A stretch of DNA of 54,409 nt from Candidatus Aerophobota bacterium (lineage in GTDB: Bacteria; Aerophobota; Aerophobia; Aerophobales; JAGGVN01). The notes below the pieces were generated by a model that searched no databases, was not told the origin of the DNA, and saw nothing but the letters and a program-made list of their open reading frames with translations. The DNA lies in contig JAGGVN010000129.1 of assembly GCA_021158005.1 (NCBI GenBank), positions 1 through 54,409 of the forward strand, written 5' to 3'. A program made the translations under genes and the position numbers. Of this stretch, positions 40,598 to 48,400 are shown piece after piece; within the stretch, counting starts at the first letter, position 1, and every line of letters starts with the position of its first letter.

Positions 40598-41939
40598 GAT
40601 TCTTATTGTTGATGATGATAAATATTTACGAAAGCAGATTTATTGGGCTTTTAAAAAATATTATAGACTTTTGGAGGCAGAGAATGGAGAAGAAGCTCTA
40701 AAAGTTATGAAGAAAAATTTTGTAGATTTAGTGCTTTTAGACCTTCACCTTCCTCCTCAAAAGGATACTCCCTTAGAGGGAATAAAAGTTCTAAAAGAAA
40801 TCAGGAAAAATTATCCCGAGGTTGTAATTATTGTAATTACGGGAGATAATGAGAAGAAAACAGCCTTAGAAGCCATAAACCTGGGAGCGTATGATTATTT
40901 TTCTAAACCTTTTGATTTGAGTGAAATGAAGATAATACTTAAAAGAGCTCTTTATCTTCAAAGTTTGGAGAGAGAAAATAGACGTCTTTCTGAAGAGCTT
41001 CAGGAGAAGTATCAGTTTAGTAATTTAATCATTGGAAAGAGCAAAAAAATACAGGAAGTGTTCACTCTTATAAGGAGAGTAGCCCAAAGTAATTGTAATG
41101 TGCTCATTCGTGGAGAAAGTGGGACTGGTAAGGAACTTGTAGCCCGAGCTATTCACTATAATAGTTCCCGAAAAGATAAGCCTTTTGTTCCTGTAAATTG
41201 CGCCGCTTTGCCCCAGGACCTTTTAGAAAGTGAACTATTTGGTTATGAGAGGGGTGCTTTTACGGGAGCTACCAGCCAGAAGCCGGGTAAGTTTGAAATC
41301 TCTTCAGGGGGAACAATCTTTTTGGATGAAGTTGCGGATATGAGCCTTTCTATGCAGGCTAAGATATTAAGAGTTATTCAGGAGAGAGTTTTTGAAAGAG
41401 TAGGAGGAACAAAGTCTATAAAAGTGGATATTCGTATTATTGCAGCTACCAATAAAGATCTGGAGAAAGCTGTGAAAAATAACTCTTTTAGAGATGATCT
41501 TTACTATCGTTTAAATGTTGTCTCTATTTATATCCCTCCTTTAAGAGAAAGAAGAGAGGATATTCCTCTTTTAGCTAATTTTTTCTTAAAGAAGTATGCT
41601 AAAGAAAACAAGAAGCAAATAAATGGTTTTTCGCCCGAAGCAATGGATTCTTTGATGAGATATGATTGGCCTGGTAATGTGCGAGAGCTGGAGAATATTA
41701 TAGAAGGAGCAGTAGTTTTGGGAAGGAGTAATCTTATTCTTCGTGAAGACCTTTTTTTGACTTCCTCCCAAGAGGTTTCTTCTGATGAAGAGGCTTCTCT
41801 TCCCTTAATGGAACAAGAAAAGAGGCTTATTAAAAGGATTTTAAATAAAACTGGTGGTAATCAAACAAAAGCGGCAAAACTTCTGGGAATTCATAGAAAT
41901 ACCCTCCGTCGCAAAATTAAAAAGTATAATCTTGCCTGA
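40590..41939 (+). CDS. sigma-54-dependent response regulator (NtrC family; PrsR-like receiver)
   Basis: REC (ILIVDDDKY, LLDLHLPPQKDTPLEG, VITGD, FSKPF); AAA+ with GESGTGKE, the GAFTGA sigma-54 contact loop and FLDEV; C-terminal Fis-type HTH GNQTKAAKLLGIHRNTLRRKIKK. GTG start overlaps the upstream stop by 8 nt. Confidence 0.92.
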   Translation: MGKILIVDDDKYLRKQIYWAFKKYYRLLEAENGEEALKVMKKNFVDLVLLDLHLPPQKDTPLEGIKVLKEIRKNYPEVVIIVITGDNEKKTALEAINLGAYDYFSKPFDLSEMKIILKRALYLQSLERENRRLSEELQEKYQFSNLIIGKSKKIQEVFTLIRRVAQSNCNVLIRGESGTGKELVARAIHYNSSRKDKPFVPVNCAALPQDLLESELFGYERGAFTGATSQKPGKFEISSGGTIFLDEVADMSLSMQAKILRVIQERVFERVGGTKSIKVDIRIIAATNKDLEKAVKNNSFRDDLYYRLNVVSIYIPPLRERREDIPLLANFFLKKYAKENKKQINGFSPEAMDSLMRYDWPGNVRELENIIEGAVVLGRSNLILREDLFLTSSQEVSSDEEASLPLMEQEKRLIKRILNKTGGNQTKAAKLLGIHRNTLRRKIKKYNLA

Positions 41940-42053
41940 ATCTCCTTGCCCTTAATCTGAATTTATTAATCTTTTATACTCTATATTTTGTTTGTCTAAC
42001 TATGGGCTTTAGTCTTCATCTATTTTTTGTCCTTCTTTAGAAGGAATGATTAT

Positions 42054-42093
42054 TGCCCTATTTTGGTTTATATTTTTGTACTAAAATAAGTCA
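42054..42093 (+). promoter_or_regulatory. putative enhancer (UAS) A: two 17-bp NtrC-like dyads
   Basis: TGCCCTATTTTGGTTTA (42054-42070) and TGTACTAAAATAAGTCA (42077-42093), 23 bp centre to centre, about 60-100 bp upstream of the -24 element. Homologous to cassettes B and C. Confidence 0.6.
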
Positions 42094-42152
42094 AGAAAGA
42101 ACATTTTAAAGATATTTTTTGTAAAGGCTAATTAAAAGCTTCTTAAGGAAAT

Positions 42153-42168
42153 TGGCTAAAAAATTGCT
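42153..42168 (+). promoter_or_regulatory. sigma-54 (-24/-12) promoter A
   Basis: TGGCTA-AAAAA-TTGCT: GG and GC are 12 nt apart, exactly as in the TGGCAC-N5-TTGCW consensus. About 80 nt upstream of the receiver gene start. Confidence 0.75.
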
Positions 42169-42246
42169 CTTCTATATTTTCAAAAAAAGAAGCCTACTTC
42201 TTGCATCCTTTAGTAATTTCTATCAAAGGAGAAAAGGATAAATTAA

Positions 42247-42627
42247 GTGTTCTCAAGAGAGATTTTTTCCATTTTAATTGTTGATGACGATATCTATTTT
42301 ACAAAACTTTTAGGGAAAATGCTTATCCGGCAAGGATACAAGGTGGAAACAGTCCTAAGTGCAGATGAAGCAATAAAAGAAATTTCTAAAAAGTCTTATG
42401 ATATTCTTCTTTTGGATATTCATATGGAAGGAAAAGATGGTATTGAGGCTATCCCTCTTATAAAAAAAATAAATCCCCGAATTCCTATCATCATTATTAC
42501 TGCCGACCATTCTCCCTTTATTGAGAAGAGAGCTCGCCGGGAAGAAATTTTCTATTATCTGTTAAAACCTTTTGAGTTTAAAGAATTAAAAGAAGCAATT
42601 CAGTCTGCTCTTTTACGAAGAAAATAA
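42247..42627 (+). CDS. single-domain (CheY-like) response regulator
   Basis: ILIVDDDIYF, LLLDIHMEGKDG, IIITAD and LLKPF: a complete receiver with no output domain. GTG start is uncertain. Confidence 0.85.
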   Translation: MFSREIFSILIVDDDIYFTKLLGKMLIRQGYKVETVLSADEAIKEISKKSYDILLLDIHMEGKDGIEAIPLIKKINPRIPIIIITADHSPFIEKRARREEIFYYLLKPFEFKELKEAIQSALLRRK

Positions 42628-42631
42628 TTAT

Positions 42632-42670
42632 TGCACTATTTTAGTTCATTATTTGCACTAAAATAAGTCA
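42632..42670 (+). promoter_or_regulatory. putative enhancer (UAS) B: two 17-bp NtrC-like dyads
   Basis: TGCACTATTTTAGTTCA (42632-42648) and TGCACTAAAATAAGTCA (42654-42670), 22 bp centre to centre. Both have a 7-3-7 dyad layout. Confidence 0.65.
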
Positions 42671-42736
42671 AGAAAATATGTCTTTTTTACTGACTGTTTT
42701 CTTTAATTTGAAGAGTTAAGGAAATATTTTAAAAAT

Positions 42737-42752
42737 TGGCTAAAAAATTGCT
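42737..42752 (+). promoter_or_regulatory. sigma-54 (-24/-12) promoter B
   Basis: Identical 17-mer TTGGCTAAAAAATTGCT as in promoter A, about 40 nt upstream of the TTG start at 42791. Confidence 0.78.
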
Positions 42753-42790
42753 GAATACCTTTATGAAGTTAAAATTTTTGGAGTTTTAAA

Positions 42791-43750
42791 TTGGAGAAAA
42801 AAACATTTATAAAAATAAGCAGATTTGTTCTCATTTTCTTCTCAATTATAGGAATGAGTTCCATTTCTTTTTCTCAGGACTTAAATTTCCAAATAAATCC
42901 AACGTATATTTCTTTTGGCAAGGTTATTCCTGTAGATGAAGAAGGAAATCTTAGGCAGGTAATAAAAAAGATGGAAATAGAAGGAAAGATTAAAAGTAAT
43001 CATAAATGGGTTCTTAAAGCATATCTCTTAGATAATTTTAGAGATGTTCAAAATCCTTCATCTACTCTTCCTTCTCAGCGTATGAGTATCAAAGTAAGTG
43101 ATTATTCTCGCAAAAAGGGATTTATTCCTCTCTCCCTTCAATCTGTAGTAATTGCTCAGGGAGAGCCTACCTCCGAAGAAATTCAGCTTAATATAAATCT
43201 TCAAATAATAATTAGGCCTTATGATCCACCTGGTAGATACACCTCGGATATTATTTATCTTTTAGATAACGGTGTCTCTACTTCTATTGAAAAGAGAATC
43301 TCTGTGGAAGTAGAAGTTCTTCCTTTAATGGATGTTGGTATTACTCCTCAAAAGCTTTTAATTAAAGTGCGCACTTCTCCAGAGGAAGAATATGAAGATT
43401 TTTTAGGAGAACCAATCGTTATTATCCTCTCTACTAATTGTGATTGGGAGTTGAAGGTAAAAGGGTTGGAAGATTTAATAGATGTCTCTGATGAGAATAA
43501 GAAACTTTCTATCGAGTATCTTGAATATCGAGTCATAAATTGTGGTAAGAATTGGATGCCCGTTTCTGATAAATGGAGGTCTTTTAGTAAAAAAGAAGTA
43601 GTAGTTGCTCGTGGAGGCTCTACTTTTGAGGAACCAGACCAAAGAGCAATTATTAAGATACTTTATCGGTTAAAGAGAAGTTGGGAGCAAGCATCAGGAG
43701 AGTATAGTGTAGGTATTGCCTACAGCATATCTACATTAGAAAATAAATAA
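42791..43750 (+). CDS. secreted two-module beta-rich protein (putative fibre minor/tip subunit)
   Basis: Signal peptide FVLIFFSIIGMSSISFSQ/D. Two modules each end in a G-x-Y strand (PPGRYTSDIIYLL; ASGEYSVGIAYSI). GGAG lies 8 nt before the TTG start. Confidence 0.6.
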   Translation: MEKKTFIKISRFVLIFFSIIGMSSISFSQDLNFQINPTYISFGKVIPVDEEGNLRQVIKKMEIEGKIKSNHKWVLKAYLLDNFRDVQNPSSTLPSQRMSIKVSDYSRKKGFIPLSLQSVVIAQGEPTSEEIQLNINLQIIIRPYDPPGRYTSDIIYLLDNGVSTSIEKRISVEVEVLPLMDVGITPQKLLIKVRTSPEEEYEDFLGEPIVIILSTNCDWELKVKGLEDLIDVSDENKKLSIEYLEYRVINCGKNWMPVSDKWRSFSKKEVVVARGGSTFEEPDQRAIIKILYRLKRSWEQASGEYSVGIAYSISTLENK

Positions 43751-43832
43751 AATAAAAGATAAAGGGAGGTGAAAAAAGAAAAAAATGAAAACATTAAGAA
43801 TAAAATTTAAAAAGGAAAAGGAGGCAAGAAAA

Positions 43833-44573
43833 ATGAAAAAAATGTTAGGATTAGTGTTGGCGGTAGTGATGGTACTTTCCATGGGAGGATTTGCTTTTGC
43901 GGACCAACCTGAAGGTGTGCAGGGAGTTGAGGAGGGGTATAAGCAAAGTGTGATGTTTACTGTATACACTGTAGTGAATCTTCCCTGTTACCTAGAGGTA
44001 ACCTTAGAAGGAAATGAAGTGGGAACCCCTGCGCATCCAGCTGTTACTAAAGTATCAAAAGGAGACGAGCAAATAATTTTTGATACTTGGAGCAACTATC
44101 CTGGCTGGTATATGACCTTCTTTGAAGATCAGCAGGAGAATTATAATCCAACTAATGTGGGCTCTCCTGTTTCAGGTCCTGGTGCAAATAAGTGGCTCTA
44201 TGATTGCTCTCAAACACTTCCTCCTATCTGGCATATCACCATTAAGGCGACTGATACCTGGAGGCTTTATCTTCTTGGCGGAGATTTAGCTAATGAGGAG
44301 GGCGAGAAAATCAGGATTCAGCGTAAAGTTAGCGGTGCAAAAACCTTAGGTTATGCCAATATGGCTGGAGGAGGAGAAGCTACTCCCTCTAATGGTTCAT
44401 TTGGACCAGCAGCGAGTGACAGTTTCGCGACTATGATTGCTCAGTGGATTGACACTCAGGGGCCTACAGCAGGAACTTCTTATTACTTTAGATATAGAAT
44501 TCCCCATACCTGGACGACCCCTCAAGGTTTCTTTGAAGGAAAAATGGGTTATTTCGTAGCTTCTTACGAATAG
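43833..44573 (+). CDS. secreted protein (putative major fibre subunit)
   Basis: Start placed at ATG 43833, 8 nt after GGAGG. Signal peptide MKKMLGLVLAVVMVLSMGGFAFA/DQ. C-terminal amphipathic strand GYFVASYE. Visibly higher GC than its neighbours. Followed by a strong hairpin. Confidence 0.6.
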   Translation: MKKMLGLVLAVVMVLSMGGFAFADQPEGVQGVEEGYKQSVMFTVYTVVNLPCYLEVTLEGNEVGTPAHPAVTKVSKGDEQIIFDTWSNYPGWYMTFFEDQQENYNPTNVGSPVSGPGANKWLYDCSQTLPPIWHITIKATDTWRLYLLGGDLANEEGEKIRIQRKVSGAKTLGYANMAGGGEATPSNGSFGPAASDSFATMIAQWIDTQGPTAGTSYYFRYRIPHTWTTPQGFFEGKMGYFVASYE

Positions 44574-44603
44574 TAAGTAAAGATAAGCATAGAATGAAAC
44601 AAA

Positions 44604-44639
44604 AAAAGGGGGATGTATATATAAATGCATTCCCCTTTT
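44604..44639 (+). terminator. intrinsic terminator/attenuator hairpin after the putative major subunit gene
   Basis: GGGGGATGTAT-ATATAA-ATGCATTCCCC (44608-44635): an 11-bp stem with two G-U pairs, flanked by an A-run and followed by TTTT. Confidence 0.65.
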
Positions 44640-44658
44640 AAATAACAGGAGATCGAAA

Positions 44659-45483
44659 TTGAAAAAAAATTTAAAAATGAGAATGTTGGGTGGAATATTA
44701 TTATTATTAGAAGTAATCCTTTTTATCAGTTTTCCCCTATTTGCCAGTACAAAAGGGACTTTAAGGGTGGAACCGGTTCGTTTTGAATTTCCCCTTCCTC
44801 GTGGATATAAACATACTGCTGCTCTCACTGTCAGTAATACTTATGAATATAGTATAAGACTTAAGGCAAAAGTTTATGATTTTGATGTAGATGAAAGAGG
44901 AAATATGATTCCTTTGAAAGCAAGTACTACTCCCCTTTCCTGTTCTTCCTGGATTAAGTTTAATCCTAGAGAATTTGAGGTATCTCCAGGAGAAAGGCAA
45001 GTGGTTCGTTTTACGGTACATGCTCCAAAAGACGCTATAGCTGGAGAACATCGATGTGTTATTATCTTTGAAACTCCTCCTGTAGCTAAAGAGGGCACAG
45101 TGGCAGTAGTGTTAAATATAGGAGTAGTTGTTTATGCTGCTGTTCCCGAGATTAAAAGAAGTTGCAAAATAAACAATATTGAAGTTTATTATGAAAAAGG
45201 TATTCTCGAATTTATGGTGGAGTTGTATAATTCCGGTAATGCCCGCTTTCGAGGTAAAGGTGAATATAAAATTAAAAATAATAAAGGTGATATCATCTTT
45301 GAAGATAAGTTTCCCTACTTTACGGTAATGCCTGATAAGGTTTTACTGATTCCTTTGGAGAAAGAGATAGAACTTACATCTGGAAATTATACTTTTTCTC
45401 TGGAGCTTAAGGAAAGAGCCCGGGGAAATCCTCCTCCTTTTAGCAAAGAAATTAATTTTGAGGTAAAAGAAGGTGGAAAATAA
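44659..45483 (+). CDS. periplasmic PapD-like (Ig-fold) chaperone candidate
   Basis: AGGAG lies 7 nt before the TTG start; signal peptide present. LRVEPVRFEF...TAALTVSNTYEYSIRLKAKVY...IKFNPREFEVSPGERQVVRFTV...GEHRCVIIFE follows the fimbrial chaperone strand pattern. A second Ig-like lobe follows. Confidence 0.5.
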   Translation: MKKNLKMRMLGGILLLLEVILFISFPLFASTKGTLRVEPVRFEFPLPRGYKHTAALTVSNTYEYSIRLKAKVYDFDVDERGNMIPLKASTTPLSCSSWIKFNPREFEVSPGERQVVRFTVHAPKDAIAGEHRCVIIFETPPVAKEGTVAVVLNIGVVVYAAVPEIKRSCKINNIEVYYEKGILEFMVELYNSGNARFRGKGEYKIKNNKGDIIFEDKFPYFTVMPDKVLLIPLEKEIELTSGNYTFSLELKERARGNPPPFSKEINFEVKEGGK

Positions 45484-45485
45484 CT

Positions 45486-48400
45486 ATGCATATTTACAAA
45501 CACTATTTTATACTTTTATTTTTGTCCTTTGGTTTAATTATTTCTAATCTTTTTATCCCTCCTTTATTAGCTGCTAACCCGGAGGAAACCAGTATCGTTC
45601 TAATGCGGCTTAATGGAAAAGTAGATATTATTGACCTGGAGGTGGTGGAATATGAAAAAGATAAAATTGCTCTTCCGCTTATGGTGATGGGTAAGATTTT
45701 AGATGTTCCCATAATTTGGTCAAAAAAAGATAAAATAGCTACTTTTTATCGGCCTTCAGACGGATTAAAGTGTGAGGTTCATGAAGGAGCAAAATATTTA
45801 TTAATTGGTGAGCAACTTTTTCAAGTTGATTTTCCCCCTTTGTGGATAGAGAAGGATTTATTTGTTCCCTTAGAATTTATTGAGAAAGGAATGGAAGTTG
45901 AACTAAAATGGAGTTTTTCAGAGCAAGCAGTTATAGCTACTTGCAGTCGAGACTTGAAACTTTTGAGTCCCTCGCCAAGAGGGAGAGAGAGCGAAGTAGC
46001 CGAAAAGAAGGAAGAATCTCCTCCTCAGAAGAAAACATCTTTTCTTTCCTTGAATTACTTTGATTATAAGTTATCTCATCGTGCTGAATTTTTAAAGGAA
46101 ACAAAATTAGACCCTTTGGTCAATTACTCGGAGGGTATACTTAATATAGGAACGAGAGGGAGACTTTTTGGAGGAAACTTTGATTTCAATACAGAATTAG
46201 CCACTTCTTCCAAAGACTTTCTTGGAGATATTATTTCATCTATTACAGGAAAACTTCGTTATCCTATCTTTGGTGGAGAAGTAGACATAGGGGATAGCTC
46301 CACAACTTTCTCTCAATTAACATTACAAGATATTAGCTTGCGAGGGATACAAGTAGGTATACCTAAGATAGAAGGAAGGATTACTTATGTTTCTCCGAGT
46401 ATAATTAAAGGTAAAGCCCTAGAAGGTTCTACAGTGGAACTTTGGGTAAATGATATATTTACCGCTAAGAAAGTGGTGGGTAAAGATGGCATCTATGAGT
46501 TTTCTAATATTTTTTTGCTTATGGGCGATGTTAATAAGGTAGAAATTTTTATTACAAACCCTCAAGGGGAAAAGAGAAAAATTGTCAAAAAGTATTTGGC
46601 TATTCCTGAAATTCTAAATAGAGGTGAAAGTCGTTTATCTATTTCAGGAGGATTAATTAAAGGCTCTGATGAGAAAGACTATTCTCGTCTTCTCTATGGA
46701 TTTAGATACCTTTATGGAATTAGTAAGGATTTAACATTGGGTTCTATAATAGTAAGTCAGGAAGATAAAAAATATATGGTAGAATCAGGAGTTGCTCCTT
46801 TATCTTCTCTTAATTTAGGATTATTGGGTAGCTGGCGCTTAATGAATAACTTTGTTATTACTGGGGAGATTAATCGCTCTAATTATGATCCTGATTGGAC
46901 AAACAAAGTTTCTTCTGAGGAGGAAAAAGAAGATTTTGCCTGGAGAGTGGAAGGCTTCTATAAGTCGGGAAGATTAACTTTAAGGCCTGCTTACCACAGA
47001 TATGGTAGTAATTACTATTCTACCGATGAATCCAGTGCAGATTCAGAAGGAATTAATGTGAATGGAAGATATATGTTTAGTAAGAGTCTAACTCTTTCAG
47101 CAGTTTATAGAGATTCTCATAATAATGTGGATGGAGAGAAAGAAGAAACGCTTTTTTCTTCTTCGTCTGGTCTTACTCTTAATACTAATTTATCTAAAAG
47201 ATCAAAATTAGGTTTGGGATACGGAATTAACTATCGTTATGATAAATCTCATTTAAAAATTGATTATAAAGTAAAGAATTTCTCAGGGAACTATAGTTAT
47301 CAGTTTCCCAATCTACTTACCTTTACTCTTAAAGGCAGCTCAATGATTACTAAAGATTTTATAGAATCCAATAATGACTTTAAAAAAGATGAATATTTTT
47401 TAAAGTTGAGTCAGAAACAGAAGAATGAAAATTACTGGAGCGTGGAACAATCTTTATCTCTTTATTCTTCACCCTCTGAGGAAAGTGAGAGTTCTTCTAC
47501 TAAGATTAAGTGGTCCGAAGGTGAAAAAGAAAGAAGACCCAGTTTCTATGCTCATCTTGGCTATAAATATAACGAAAATCCAGATGTTCGTTCTTCGGCT
47601 AAAGTATATTCTTTGGCTCTTGGCTTTGTTCGAAAATCAGTTTCTCAAGAGATAGGTTATTCTTGTGAGTTCGGATATAATCAGAATTACACTATTGAAA
47701 ATATTCTTAAGAGTGACCATGCTCACTTTTCTCTGGGTGCTGAATATAAGTGGGGGGACTCGGGATTAGAAATAGGTTTAAAATATACCTATAATTTTTC
47801 TCCTATTACTGGAGAGCGTTCGTTTGGTGGTATACGGGTAGCTCTTAATCAGGGTTTGGCTCTTTCTGGAGCAGAAGAAACACTTTCTGATGATTTACCG
47901 ATTGTTCCCAGTGGTAAAGTTAAAGGAAAAGTTTTTCTTGATTACAATCATAATGGGATTATGGATGAGAATGAACCTGGTGTTCCAGGGATCAAAGTAG
48001 GTTTGTTTCATCGCTATCTTCAGAATTCTGATAAAGAGGGAAATTTTTATTTCCCCAGGATTCCTGTTGGTGTGTATAAAGCGAATATTGACCTATATTC
48101 CTTGCCTGCTTCTTATTCTGTGACTACTCCTCCAGTAGAAATAGAAGTAAAATTAAATGAAACAGTGATAGTTAACTTAGGAATAATTCCTGTGGTTAGT
48201 ATCACCGGGAGAGTATTTTTAGATGAAAACAAAAATGGAATATATGATAAGGGAGAAAAAGTAGGGGGAGGTATTCGGCTGGTTTTAGATGATGGTAAGA
48301 GAGATACTTATACTGACCCTGACGGGAGCTATTATTTTGGGGAGGTATTCCCTGGGGAGCATATTATTACTGTAGATTTAGGAACTTTCTCTAAAAAAGT

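Noticed and set aside
42791-44573. PEP-CTERM sorting signals on the secreted proteins downstream of the PrsK/PrsR-like pair.
   Set aside because: P319 ends ...SISTLENK and P246 ends ...FVASYE. Neither has the PEP motif, TM helix and basic tail.
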